A DNA stretch of 64,000 bases from Nitrospirota bacterium (GCA_020851375.1 JADZCV010000048.1:14092-78091); one strand, 5' to 3'; positions 29,625 to 39,400 are shown, counted from the first letter of the stretch. The notes: generated by a model not told the origin, from the letters alone. A program made the numbers and translations.

Positions 29625-29830
29625 GAAAATACTCCTAAGTATCCGTTATTCCCACAGAACCTGTCCCCGCAGGATTTTTCACCCGTCATTCCCACGCAAG
29701 TGGGAATCCAGAACCAGGCCACAGTCTGGATTCCCGCTTACGCGGGAATGACGTTTTTCATGACCCCTTGCGAGCCCAGAGCTGTGAGCTTGTCGAACAG
29801 TCGAAGGGCTCATGACGGTTCACCTGCGGA
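29625..29830 (-). repeat. Family-B repeat (B5, one unit) supplying AGGAG plus the GTG start of hemC
   Basis: ctttcactcgaaaatactcctaagtatccgttattcccacagaacctg...gtcattcccacgcaagtgggaatccagaaccaggccacagtctggattcccgcttacgcgggaatgacg... Confidence 0.85.
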
Positions 29831-29839
29831 CGCCCATCA

Positions 29840-31138
29840 TCATTCTCCCTTTTCATTCTCCTCAGCTGCCTTGACCTCAAGGTTAAATATCTTCCTTATC
29901 GTCTCCACATATAGTAAGCCATTGCTCGAGTTCGACTCTGATTTAAGGGCTACAAGAGGGCCGTGCAGTATCTTGCTCACTATCGTATTCGTCAGCCCTT
30001 CTACCACTGCTATCTCTTCAGGAGACAGCGTCCTCAGTTTTTCCGTCATCCGATCCAGCTCCTTTTTCCGTATATCCTCAACCTTATCCCTGAGGGCAAC
30101 AATTGTGGGCACAACCTCGAGCGATTTAAACCATTTCGAAAATGTCCCTACCTCTTCCACAATGATCTGCTCCCCCTTATCCGCCTCCTCCTGTCTCGTC
30201 CTGCGGTTTGCCTCAACAACCGCCTGCAGGTCATCTATATCATACAAAAATACATTATCAATCTTATTAATTGCAGGGTCAATATTTCTCGGAACTGAAA
30301 TATCTATGAGAAAAATTGGCGTGTTTCTTCTCTTATGAATAATATCCTGCATATGTTCAGCCCTTATAATATAATCAGGGGCACCTGTGGAACATATTAC
30401 AACATCAGACCTCCCCATTTCCTCTAAAAAATTTTCAAATCTTACTGCACGGCCATTATAGGCCTGCGCAAGGTTTAACGCCCTGTCATAATTTCTCGTG
30501 GAAACAACTATCTCTTTGATGCCGCTGCTGACAAGGTAATTAGCTGCAAGCTCACCCATCTCACCTGCGCCAACAAGCAGCCCCCTTTTATCCCTCAAAC
30601 TGCTGAAGATCTTTTTTGCAAGCTCTACTGCAGCAAAACTTATAGATACGGCATTTTCAGCAATCCTGGTCTCTGTCCTCACACGTTTGGCAACTGATAT
30701 GGCTTTTTTAAAGAGCTTATTTAAGATCGCACCGGTCGTCTTGTTTAACAGGGCCGTGTCAAAGGCATCCTTTACCTGTCCAAGTATCTGAGGTTCGCCC
30801 ACCACCATCGAATCAAGGCTTGAGGCAACCCTGAAAAGATGTTTTACGGCCGCCTCATTTTTATGAATATAGAGGTGTTGTGTCAGGGACTCAATCGGCA
30901 GGTGAGTCTGGTATGAGTGCAAAAAATCTTTGACCCTTGCGATACCGACCTCAGATTTGTCAACAATGGCATATATCTCCACACGGTTGCATGTGGACAG
31001 GATAAGGCATTCACTGACATTCTCATAACCTTTGAGCCGTACAATTCCATCTGACAGCATCTGGCCTGAAAATGACAGCTTCTCCCTCACTTCAACCGGC
31101 GCTGTATTATAACTGAGTCCTGTTAATATGATGTCCAT
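29840..31138 (-). CDS. hemA: Glutamyl-tRNA reductase
   Basis: 432-aa ORF. The N-terminus MDIILTGLSYNTAPVEVREKLSF and the catalytic Cys in ILSTCNRVEIY are HemA hallmarks. Confidence 0.9.
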   Translation of the reverse strand: MDIILTGLSYNTAPVEVREKLSFSGQMLSDGIVRLKGYENVSECLILSTCNRVEIYAIVDKSEVGIARVKDFLHSYQTHLPIESLTQHLYIHKNEAAVKHLFRVASSLDSMVVGEPQILGQVKDAFDTALLNKTTGAILNKLFKKAISVAKRVRTETRIAENAVSISFAAVELAKKIFSSLRDKRGLLVGAGEMGELAANYLVSSGIKEIVVSTRNYDRALNLAQAYNGRAVRFENFLEEMGRSDVVICSTGAPDYIIRAEHMQDIIHKRRNTPIFLIDISVPRNIDPAINKIDNVFLYDIDDLQAVVEANRRTRQEEADKGEQIIVEEVGTFSKWFKSLEVVPTIVALRDKVEDIRKKELDRMTEKLRTLSPEEIAVVEGLTNTIVSKILHGPLVALKSESNSSNGLLYVETIRKIFNLEVKAAEENEKGE

Positions 31139-31156
31139 AACCTTTAGTGCACACCT

Positions 31157-32029
31157 TTACATGAAGGCGTGCTTTCCATGCAGGAGCATATTGACTCCCA
31201 CAAAGGTAAAGATCACGCCGGCAAACCCTATAATTGCCAGCCAGGCTGCCTTCCTGCCACGCCATCCCACTGTTATCCTTCCATGAAGCATCGCAGCATA
31301 GAAAAGCCATACTATCAAAGACCACGTCTGTTTAGGGTCCCAGTTCCAGTAGGTACCCCAGGCAAACTCGGCCCAGATTGAGCCTGTAATTATGCCAAGG
31401 GTCAGGAGAGGAAAACCAAAGGATATGGCGCGATAATTGAGATTGTCCAGCATGTCAAGGGCCGGTAGTTTAAAATAGAGCTTGTTAAACCTCTTGGATT
31501 TCAGAAACCACTCCTGCAGCAGATACATTATACCTGCAAGAAATGCCATAGAAAAGGCCGCTGACCCCATTATGGCGAGGATGGTATGAACACCAAGCCA
31601 TGCACTCTGCAACTGGGGATCAAGCATCTTTATCTCCATGGGAAGCGTGGCAGAAGATATAAGGGAAATAAAGGTGACAGGCAACACGAATGAACCCAAA
31701 ATATAGATCCTGTACTTATACTCTATGAGGAGAAAGGCAAGGACAAGCGCCCATGAGAAAAAGGACATGGCCTCATGGAGGCTTGTTATGGGTATATACG
31801 ATGCCTCAGCAGTACGCACTATAAGTGCGGCCGTATGAATCAGAAAACCAAGGCCCGTCAGTCCAAAGGACAACCTCGGCGGTCTTTCCTTCCTGCTGAC
31901 AAGAAAGTAGAGAAACGAAGCCATTCCAAGGAAATAGGCCCCAAGGGCAGCCTTAAAAAAAAAGATGTTCACCATGTTTGGATAGTTTAACTTTATTGAA
32001 GAATGCGTGTCAAGAAAAGTACTTGACAA
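31157..32029 (-). CDS. Cytochrome c assembly protein CcsA/HemX-like membrane protein
   Basis: 290-aa polytopic membrane protein with the Trp-rich motif WAEFAWGTYWNWDPKQTWSLIVWLFYAAMLHGR. It is located upstream of hemA, like hemX. Confidence 0.72.
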   Translation of the reverse strand: MSSTFLDTHSSIKLNYPNMVNIFFFKAALGAYFLGMASFLYFLVSRKERPPRLSFGLTGLGFLIHTAALIVRTAEASYIPITSLHEAMSFFSWALVLAFLLIEYKYRIYILGSFVLPVTFISLISSATLPMEIKMLDPQLQSAWLGVHTILAIMGSAAFSMAFLAGIMYLLQEWFLKSKRFNKLYFKLPALDMLDNLNYRAISFGFPLLTLGIITGSIWAEFAWGTYWNWDPKQTWSLIVWLFYAAMLHGRITVGWRGRKAAWLAIIGFAGVIFTFVGVNMLLHGKHAFM

Positions 32030-32142
32030 ACCATTAATTTGGGAATATTATCCCAAATCTGAACCATTATTGATAACTATCCCCAAAACGGAGGTGCCTT
32101 ATGAGAAACTAACTAACTTGTTTACAGAAGGAGGCAACAGTA

Positions 32143-33936
32143 ATGAAGAAGAATATTTACCACAAATTAATCCGTTTCTTGTTTTTGGTCACTATATTGG
32201 CCCCCCTCAGGGTCTACGGGTATAATCCGGTAGAATCGAGCATCCAGTTACGAGAACGGGGAATACAAAGTTATCTGAGTGAATCTGCCTTTCTGTCCAC
32301 CATCAGGAATAATGATGCATCTTCAGTTAAGCTATTTCTGGACGCCGGCATAAATCCCGATGCCAGATACCAGGATAATACAACTGCATTAATACTCGCT
32401 GCAGGAAATGGAAACGAAGTTATTGTTAAAGCCCTTCTCGACCGGGGTGCCGACGCAGGGGCGGTGAATAAGGATGGCCTGACCCCCCTGGTAACAGCCT
32501 CCATACATGGGCATACGGCTATTGTAAAGTCCTTGCTGGAACGAACTTCAAACGAGGACGAAAAGATTGCAGCACTGATGGTTGCAACTATGAAGGGGCA
32601 TACCGGCATCGTTCAGGCCCTTCTGTCCGGCGGGGCTGATGTCAATGCCAGTGACAGGTATGGCTGGACCCCCCTCATGTATGCAGCAAGGATGGGGCAC
32701 ACAAGGATTGCAAAGATTTTACTGGCTAACGGAGCTTTGGCAAACAACAGTGACAGCTCTGGACAGACCGCCCTTTTACTTGCAGTCAAAGAGGGTCACT
32801 ACGATATTGTAAAAATCCTTATTGATAAGGGCGCGGATCCGAATATCAAAGACTCCGAAGGAAAAACAGCCCTGGTATATGCAACAGAGAGAGGATATAA
32901 TGACATCGTAAGGGTTTTGCTTGATAATGGCGCCAGCCCGGTTAGGGGTAAGTTTGGCATGTCATTGCTGGAAACTGCCGCAATCAATAATCAAAGTAAC
33001 ATTGTGGAAACCCTTCTGGACAGAGGGGTAGATAGTGATGTCAGCAATGATGTACTTATGCTTGCAGCGGGCCTCGGTCACAGCGAAGTTGTTCAGTCCC
33101 TTTTGTCAAGAGACGCAAATGCCAATACCATGACTGAATCCGGAACAACGGCGCTGATGATTGCATCAGAGCAGGGACATCCGGATGTCGTCAGGATATT
33201 GTTGAACAAGGGTGCCAGGATTGATGATGTCACTGCTCAGGGCGAAACAGCCCTGATGATCGCTGTAAGGCAGGGGCATACTAATGTGGTGCAATACCTG
33301 CTCGAGAAGGGTGCAAGAATAAATGTTTCTGCACATGAAGGCGATACTCCGCTAATTGCAGCGATCAGATACGGATACCCGGAAATTGTCCAGATTTTAC
33401 TGGATGAGGGCGACAAAATTGATGCTGGTACAAGCGAAGGCGATACTCCGCTCATGATTGCTGCAAGGTACGGCAGAAATGAAATTGTACAAATCCTCCT
33501 GTCCAGAGGTGCAAATGTGAATGCCTCAACAAAGGCCGGCATGACCCCGCTTATTGCTGCGGCAATGAAGGGCGAGGTCAAAATTGCAAAATCCCTGCTG
33601 GATAAGGGAGCGGATGTAAATGCAGCTACTAAAGAAGGAATTACCCCTTTGATATTTGCTGCAGGCTTCGGCAGCAAAGACATGGTGAGCACGCTGCTGG
33701 CCAGGAACGCTCATGTAAATGCAAAAACCTCGGAAGGTTTAACAGCCCTGATAGTAGCCTCGGAGCAGGGTTACTCAGACGTCGTGCTAATCCTTTTGGC
33801 AAATGGCGCTGATACAACTATAAGAACAATAGATGGCCAGACAGCCCTGACGATGGCGGAAAAAAAACACCACTCCGGCATCACCAGGTTGTTTACCCTT
33901 AACTATCCCTTAGTAAAGAATCGTGCAGGATTGTAA
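32143..33936 (+). CDS. Secreted ankyrin-repeat protein (about 17 ANK repeats)
   Basis: 597-aa ORF with a signal peptide MKKNIYHKLIRFLFLVTILAPLRVYG, followed by 33-aa units G-TPL--A---GH--IV--LL--GADVNA repeated throughout. Confidence 0.82.
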   Translation: MKKNIYHKLIRFLFLVTILAPLRVYGYNPVESSIQLRERGIQSYLSESAFLSTIRNNDASSVKLFLDAGINPDARYQDNTTALILAAGNGNEVIVKALLDRGADAGAVNKDGLTPLVTASIHGHTAIVKSLLERTSNEDEKIAALMVATMKGHTGIVQALLSGGADVNASDRYGWTPLMYAARMGHTRIAKILLANGALANNSDSSGQTALLLAVKEGHYDIVKILIDKGADPNIKDSEGKTALVYATERGYNDIVRVLLDNGASPVRGKFGMSLLETAAINNQSNIVETLLDRGVDSDVSNDVLMLAAGLGHSEVVQSLLSRDANANTMTESGTTALMIASEQGHPDVVRILLNKGARIDDVTAQGETALMIAVRQGHTNVVQYLLEKGARINVSAHEGDTPLIAAIRYGYPEIVQILLDEGDKIDAGTSEGDTPLMIAARYGRNEIVQILLSRGANVNASTKAGMTPLIAAAMKGEVKIAKSLLDKGADVNAATKEGITPLIFAAGFGSKDMVSTLLARNAHVNAKTSEGLTALIVASEQGYSDVVLILLANGADTTIRTIDGQTALTMAEKKHHSGITRLFTLNYPLVKNRAGL

Positions 33937-35116
33937 AGAAACAAGGAAAATTGCCGCAAATGTTGCGCGGCTATCGAATCTGCTGACACGGGACCGGGCA
34001 GACCTCCCTCACTCATATCTAAAGGACAATGAGCTGCGGGAGGCATATATCGCTTATTATCTACCTGCGAATATGTATAAGGTGCACCTCCCCCTAAGGG
34101 AACTATCCCGTCATCCGGCAGGGGTTCTCAGGAAAGACAGGCTTCGTATCCTTGATCTTGGCTCCGGTCCTGGAACAGCAATCCTTGGCATCATGGACTT
34201 CTTTTCCGGATCTTCCGATAAACCTTTCCTTGAGTTTACCGCAGTTGACCCTGTTGAAGAAAACCTGATGGAAGCGTTGCGGCTCTTCCGGTCTTTCAAA
34301 GAAGATGCCAGCGCAGATGCCTCGCTAATAACTGCCAAATCAGTAATCGAGAGAACTAAATCTCTTCCGCAAGGACCGTTTGATATTATTATTATGTCTA
34401 ATGTCCTGAGCGAGGCGGGTCATCCGGCAGCCGGACTTGAAAAAATCCCCCTTACTCCCCCTTTTTCAAAGGGGGAAATAAGACCCTCCCCTTTAGAAAA
34501 GGGGGGAAGGGGGGATTTGAATCCGGATTACCGGTTGAACCTGGTGAAGTCCGTGATAAGCGGGCGCCTTGCCACTGACGGAAGCCTTATCATTATAGAA
34601 CCGGCCCTCCGTGAGACATCACGGGAACTGCTTGAGGTCAGAGACGGCTTGTTGAAAGGCGGGCTTCATATCTACTCACCGTGTCTCATGAATAATCCGT
34701 GCCCGGCCCTCACCAATCCCAAAGACTGGTGTCATGAAGATATACCGTGGGATCCACCGGCGGCTATCCGGGAAATAGACAAATTGACCGGCTTGAGAAA
34801 AGACTCCCTGAAGTTTTCCTATCTGGTTATCAGAAGGGACGCCCTCTCCATCAGAGACATCGTCAGAGACAACACCTTCAGGGTAGTCAGCGAACCGCTC
34901 GTTTCAAAAGGAAAGATCGAGTTTTACCTGTGCAATGCAGGCGGCAGACGGCTTGCAGTAAGACTGGACAGGGATAAAAGCAATTTGAATGAACAATTTT
35001 CAACTCTTAAGCGGGGCAATATCATTTCATTCGAGGGTCTGGTTGATGAAGGGAAGAGGCTTCGGCTCGTAAAGGAGACTCTCACCCATCCCTTTTCCGT
35101 GAGGGCAGAGGAATGA
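33923..35116 (+). CDS. Rsm22-like SAM-dependent methyltransferase carrying an in-frame family-A repeat insertion
   Basis: The N-terminal region LLTRDRADLPHSYLKDNELREAYIAYYLPANMYKV...ILDLGSGPGTAI resembles the Rsm22/COG5459 MTase. A 27-aa segment KIPLTPPFSKGEIRPSPLEKGGRGDLN is encoded by the repeat. Confidence 0.55.
   Translation: MQDCKETRKIAANVARLSNLLTRDRADLPHSYLKDNELREAYIAYYLPANMYKVHLPLRELSRHPAGVLRKDRLRILDLGSGPGTAILGIMDFFSGSSDKPFLEFTAVDPVEENLMEALRLFRSFKEDASADASLITAKSVIERTKSLPQGPFDIIIMSNVLSEAGHPAAGLEKIPLTPPFSKGEIRPSPLEKGGRGDLNPDYRLNLVKSVISGRLATDGSLIIIEPALRETSRELLEVRDGLLKGGLHIYSPCLMNNPCPALTNPKDWCHEDIPWDPPAAIREIDKLTGLRKDSLKFSYLVIRRDALSIRDIVRDNTFRVVSEPLVSKGKIEFYLCNAGGRRLAVRLDRDKSNLNEQFSTLKRGNIISFEGLVDEGKRLRLVKETLTHPFSVRAEE
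34441..34522 (+). repeat. Family-A repeat (A4), intragenic and in-frame
   Basis: aaaaatccccc ttact ccccc tttttcaaa ggggg aaataagaccctcccctttagaaaa gggggg aa gggggatttgaa, inside the 33923..35116 ORF. The reading frame is maintained across it. Confidence 0.8.
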
Positions 35117-35144
35117 GTGAGAGAACATTTCATGGCATGAGAAA

Positions 35145-35435
35145 CTACTTCTTTTCTTCCTTCTTTTCTTCTTTCTTCTCTTCTGCCTTGATGGATTTGG
35201 CATGTCCCTTGTCAGCATCCACCTCGACCATAGCTCCAACCTTTACATCGCCGGCCTTTTTTGTGGTAGCATCAAAATGGACCTTGTGCTCCTTGCCTTT
35301 GGCGTCTTTTATGAAGTAGAATGAGCCCTTATCATCAATCTTTTCCAGCTTACCCTTAACCTCTGCTGCAAAACCAAGGCTGACAAAGGAGAGGACTGCA
35401 ACTGCCATAACCATACCTTGTAATATGCGTTTCAT
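35145..35435 (-). CDS. Small secreted protein with a C-terminal (EEKK)n low-complexity tail
   Basis: 96-aa ORF with a signal peptide MKRILQGMVMAVAVLSFVSLGFAA and the tail KAEEKKEEKKEEKK. Confidence 0.45.
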   Translation of the reverse strand: MKRILQGMVMAVAVLSFVSLGFAAEVKGKLEKIDDKGSFYFIKDAKGKEHKVHFDATTKKAGDVKVGAMVEVDADKGHAKSIKAEEKKEEKKEEKK

Positions 35436-35560
35436 ATATGAATCACCCCCTTTCTGTTTTTTTGTACTCGTTGAAGCCGGATGCCTGAGCCCCGGCCTTT
35501 ACAATCTGACAACTTTATACTAAAAAGATTAAATGGATATTAATAATAAATTAATTTTTT

Positions 35561-36964
35561 CTAATCCCAAACCGGAAGGGATACGGTAAACGTACTCCCC
35601 TTGCCAACAGTACTTTCTACGGATATGGCACCGTGGTGAGCTTCAACGATCCATTTGCAGAGGCTTAATCCAAGTCCATGTCCCTGGTTTGAGCGGGATT
35701 TATCCGCCTGGTAAAACCGTTCGAATATATGCGGAATATCCTCTTCCGGAATGCCACAACCGGTATCCGCCACAGAGACCAATACCCCGCCATCTTTTCT
35801 GCAGAGCGAGAGTACGACATCTCCTCCTTCCGGAGTATATATAACGGCATTCTGGACGAGGTTGAGCAATAGTTCTCCAAGGAGGAGTTCGTCTCCCCTG
35901 ATCAGGAGAGCGCCCTGTGTATCCAATGTCATATGAATTTTTTTCTCCAGGGCAGGAGTCCGGAATTGTTTATAAACGTATCCCAGCAGTTCCGCCAAAT
36001 CAAGCTCAACCGTATTGAGCGTAATCTCCCCCCGGTCGGCCCTGGAAAGGAATAAAAGCCTTTCCACGATCTTTTCCATACGGAGGATCTCTTCGAGATT
36101 GCTTTCGAGGGTCTTTTGGTACTCCTCACTGCTTCGCAATCTCTTCAGGCCCAGCTCCGTCTGTCCCCGTAGAATGGAAAGCGGAATCCTGAGCTCATGA
36201 GAGACATTATCGCTGAACTCCGCGATCTGCCGGAAAGATTTCTCAAGCCTTGTAATCATATCGTTAAACGCAGCCGTCAGGTCTCTTATCTCCTGGCTGG
36301 TCCCCTCTGACACCTCTATTCTGTGCTGCAGGTCGCCTGAACTTATACGATGAGATGCCCTGATCACAGCATCCAGTGGTTTCAGGGCCCGCTTTGTAAG
36401 GAACCACCCCCCTCCGCCAATGAGCACTGTAGTAGCCGGAATAAATAAGAGATTCAGGAACAATAAATTTTCCAGGGTGGTTTGAATATCATGGATGGAG
36501 CTCCCGACCTGAATAATATAGACCAGCCTGTTCCCATGGAACACAGGCTTGGTCAATATGCGCATAGAGGTGAGGCCATCCATTACAGAGAGCGTAGTCA
36601 GACTTTTTTCATTGTGGAATATCTTCCCCCACATCTCTTCTGTTACCGGAAATCTCTCCTCCTCAGATACAGATGAGCTGAAGATGATCTCTCTGGAGGG
36701 ATCATATACCTCCACAATAATCCCCTTTAATTCAATATCCGGATACTCCCGTACCATCCTTGCAACAGCTGTCTTGACATCATCTTTTGTAGGAACCTTC
36801 CCCGGTATTGAGGAATCAAGGATATCGGCAACTACCTTCAGTGAGTAGTCTTTCTGACTCTCCAGTATACTTTTATATCCGGTGTAACGAATTCCGGCCA
36901 GGAAGCTCAGGACTACAATGACTAAGATACTAAACCATATGGCCAGCCTGGTCCGTATGGCCAT
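35561..36964 (-). CDS. Sensor histidine kinase (TM-sensor-HAMP-HisKA-HATPase), partner of the OmpR-family regulator
   Basis: Start MAIRTRLAIWFSILV with a GGGAGGG SD. H-box: VSHELRIPL. HATPase: DTGCGIPEEDIPHIFERFYQAD, GHGLGLSLCKWIVEAHHGAI. Confidence 0.85.
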   Translation of the reverse strand: MAIRTRLAIWFSILVIVVLSFLAGIRYTGYKSILESQKDYSLKVVADILDSSIPGKVPTKDDVKTAVARMVREYPDIELKGIIVEVYDPSREIIFSSSVSEEERFPVTEEMWGKIFHNEKSLTTLSVMDGLTSMRILTKPVFHGNRLVYIIQVGSSIHDIQTTLENLLFLNLLFIPATTVLIGGGGWFLTKRALKPLDAVIRASHRISSGDLQHRIEVSEGTSQEIRDLTAAFNDMITRLEKSFRQIAEFSDNVSHELRIPLSILRGQTELGLKRLRSSEEYQKTLESNLEEILRMEKIVERLLFLSRADRGEITLNTVELDLAELLGYVYKQFRTPALEKKIHMTLDTQGALLIRGDELLLGELLLNLVQNAVIYTPEGGDVVLSLCRKDGGVLVSVADTGCGIPEEDIPHIFERFYQADKSRSNQGHGLGLSLCKWIVEAHHGAISVESTVGKGSTFTVSLPVWD

Positions 36965-37637
36965 TATTTCCCTCCCGCAACATATAACCGACACCACGGA
37001 TGGTCTGAATCAGCTTATGCGGCTCTCCCTTGTCAATCTTATTACGCAGGTAGGTAATGTACACATCAATGACATTCGTCTCTGTATCAAAATCAATGTT
37101 CCAGACATGTTCGGATATCATGCTGCGGGTGAGTACCCTGTTTGGATTTCGCATGAAGTACTCGAGCAGTGCATACTCCTTGTTGGTCAGATCTATCCTT
37201 CTGCTTCCGCGGTAAACCTCCCGCATCACTGGATTTAACTTCAGGTCATCGATCCTCATGGCTCCAGCCTGTTCCGGTGACCGCCGGCGAAGGAGCGCCC
37301 TAATCCTGGCTAAAAATTCTTCAACGGAGAAGGGTTTGGTCAGATAGTCATCACCCCCCAAATCAAGGGCCATGACCTTATCTTTGACGGCATCCCTTGC
37401 CGTAAGCACAAGGATCGGTGTTTTACACCCCGTTTTCCTGAGCTTCCTGATGATATTCAGCCCGTCCATTTTGGGGAGCATCAGGTCCAGTATAATCAGG
37501 TCATAGTCATGGGTCTCAGCGAACAACAGTCCGTCCTCGCCATTAAATGCCTGGTCCGCTGCATGCTGTTCTTCTTCAATGGCCTGGCACAGAAAATTGG
37601 AAACCTTTTTTTCATCCTCAATAATTAATATTCTCAT
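36930..37637 (-). CDS. OmpR/PhoB-family response regulator
   Basis: 235-aa ORF beginning MRILIIEDEKKV, with DLMLPKMDG and a winged-helix C-terminus ...YITYLRNKID...IQTIRGVGYML. Confidence 0.9.
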   Translation of the reverse strand: MRILIIEDEKKVSNFLCQAIEEEQHAADQAFNGEDGLLFAETHDYDLIILDLMLPKMDGLNIIRKLRKTGCKTPILVLTARDAVKDKVMALDLGGDDYLTKPFSVEEFLARIRALLRRRSPEQAGAMRIDDLKLNPVMREVYRGSRRIDLTNKEYALLEYFMRNPNRVLTRSMISEHVWNIDFDTETNVIDVYITYLRNKIDKGEPHKLIQTIRGVGYMLREGNNGHTDQAGHMV

Positions 37638-37745
37638 AATCAGAAGTTACCGTAGCAGGATGAGGCTATGCTGTCAAGCGGACGGTTTCGCGCAACAAAA
37701 AATAAATCTGTCCCCTTTTCCTGAATTTTACTACAATACGTTTAT

Positions 37746-38519
37746 ATGGAACCACTCCTGGAGGCAAAAGACGTATCAAAATACTTTGGTGGTCTTAAGG
37801 CATTGGACGGGGCAGTGCTTGATATATTCCCCGGCGAGATCATAAGCCTTATCGGACCTAATGGTGCAGGCAAAACAACGTTTTTCAATTGTATCACCGG
37901 CCTGGTATCACCGGACAAGGGCGAAATTATATTTAAAGGTAAAAAGATCAATAACCTGAAGCCCCACGAAATTACCAGGCACGGTATTGCAAGGACTTTT
38001 CAAAACCTGCGCCTGTTTGCCGAGATGACAGCCCTTGAGAATGTCATGGTAGGAGGATTCTGCAGGACAAAGGGTAGTTTGGCAGGGGCCATATTCCGTA
38101 CCAGAAACACGATTGAGGAAGAGCGCCGGCTGTCATCAAAGGCAATGAAACTGCTCGAATTCGTAGGCATTGGAGGCCTGATGGAGAGCTGGGCAAGGGA
38201 TCTCTCTTACGGCGACAGGAGGAGGCTTGAGATTGCGAGGGCGCTCGGCAGTGAACCATCACTCCTGCTTCTTGACGAGCCTGCGGCAGGACTGAACCCG
38301 AGTGAGTCAGGAAAACTCATGGATATCATCAGACAGATACGCGACAGGGGAATTACCATACTCCTTATCGAGCACGATATGACGGTAGTTATGGGTATCT
38401 CCGACCGTGTTGCTGTGCTCGATTACGGAGTAAAGATTGCTGAAGGCCTGCCTGCAGAGATACAAAGGAATCCGGCTGTAATTGAGGCTTATCTTGGAAA
38501 AGAGGAAAACATAAACTAA
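37746..38519 (+). CDS. livG: Branched-chain amino acid ABC transporter ATP-binding protein (LivG-type)
   Basis: Walker A GPNGAGKTT, signature LSYGDRRRLEIARAL, Walker B LLLLDEPAAGL. Confidence 0.82.
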   Translation: MEPLLEAKDVSKYFGGLKALDGAVLDIFPGEIISLIGPNGAGKTTFFNCITGLVSPDKGEIIFKGKKINNLKPHEITRHGIARTFQNLRLFAEMTALENVMVGGFCRTKGSLAGAIFRTRNTIEEERRLSSKAMKLLEFVGIGGLMESWARDLSYGDRRRLEIARALGSEPSLLLLDEPAAGLNPSESGKLMDIIRQIRDRGITILLIEHDMTVVMGISDRVAVLDYGVKIAEGLPAEIQRNPAVIEAYLGKEENIN

Positions 38520-39232
38520 TGCTCCGCCTTGAAAACGTGCACGCCTCATATGAAGCCATAGAGGTACTAAAGGGCATCTCTCTGGAAGTAAAGAAAGGGG
38601 AGATAGTTACTATTATAGGCGCCAACGGCGCAGGCAAGACCACCACACTAATGTCCATTTCAGGAATAAACAGGGTTCTTAAAGGAAATATCACCTTCAA
38701 TAACCAGGATATTTCAAACCTCCCGCCGCATAAGATCGTAGGGCTCGGTATCTCCCAGGTCCCAGAAGGGAGGAGGATACTGCCTCGCTTTACAGTACGC
38801 GAGAATCTGGAGATGGGGGGTTTTTTGTGCCGGGAAAAAAAGGAGTTGAAAGAGAGGATTGACATGATTTACAGTCACTTCCCGATTCTATCGGAACGGA
38901 GAAGTCAGTATGGCGGGACGCTGAGCGGCGGTGAGCAGCAGATGCTTGCAATCGGCCGGGCGCTTATGTCAAAACCTGTTCTCCTGCTTCTTGACGAGCC
39001 TTCGCTGGGATTAGCGCCAATGGTTGTATCCAGGATCTTTGATATAATCCGTAAAATCAACAGGGAGGGAGTAACCATCCTGCTTGTAGAGCAAAATGCA
39101 AGAGCAGCCCTCATGCTCGCCAACAGGGGATACGTGATGGAAACAGGAGCAGTTATCCTTTCCGATGACGCAAAGTCTCTGATATCAGACAAAAAGGTGC
39201 GCGAGGCATATTTGGGAGAGTCCGGGGCTTAA
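38519..39232 (+). CDS. livF: Branched-chain amino acid ABC transporter ATP-binding protein (LivF-type)
   Basis: Walker A GANGAGKTT, signature LSGGEQQMLAIGRAL, Walker B LLLLDEPSLGL. Confidence 0.82.
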   Translation: MLRLENVHASYEAIEVLKGISLEVKKGEIVTIIGANGAGKTTTLMSISGINRVLKGNITFNNQDISNLPPHKIVGLGISQVPEGRRILPRFTVRENLEMGGFLCREKKELKERIDMIYSHFPILSERRSQYGGTLSGGEQQMLAIGRALMSKPVLLLLDEPSLGLAPMVVSRIFDIIRKINREGVTILLVEQNARAALMLANRGYVMETGAVILSDDAKSLISDKKVREAYLGESGA

Positions 39233-39245
39233 GGATTTTTTTCTC

Positions 39246-39274
39246 TTGACGATAATAATTTATTATGTTAGATT
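39246..39274 (+). promoter_or_regulatory. Putative sigma70-type promoter for cspA
   Basis: TTGACG at 39246-39251, a 17-nt spacer, then TAGATT at 39269-39274. It lies about 130 nt upstream of the csp ATG, consistent with the long csp 5' UTR. Confidence 0.4.
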
Positions 39275-39336
39275 GTTAACGTTTTTATGCATCAGATTTT
39301 GCAGTCTTGATGAAATAGTAGATCGGCCATCGGTAA

Positions 39337-39372
39337 CCGCAGGGGTTTGTAGTGGCCTCTGCGGTTTTTTTT
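39337..39372 (+). terminator. Hairpin plus T8 within the csp leader, downstream of livF (attenuator or terminator)
   Basis: ccgcagggg-tttgtagtgg-cctctgcgg followed by tttttttt. Confidence 0.5.
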
Positions 39373-39400
39373 ATTTCTGTAGAAAAGGAGGTCAGAAGCA

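Noticed and set aside
35113-35319. + strand ORF encoding an S/F-rich peptide (SSFFSSFFSSAL...)
   Set aside because: It is the antisense of the (EEKK)n tail of the 35145..35435 gene. It is a low-complexity artefact of the ttcttttcttcc microsatellite-like sequence.
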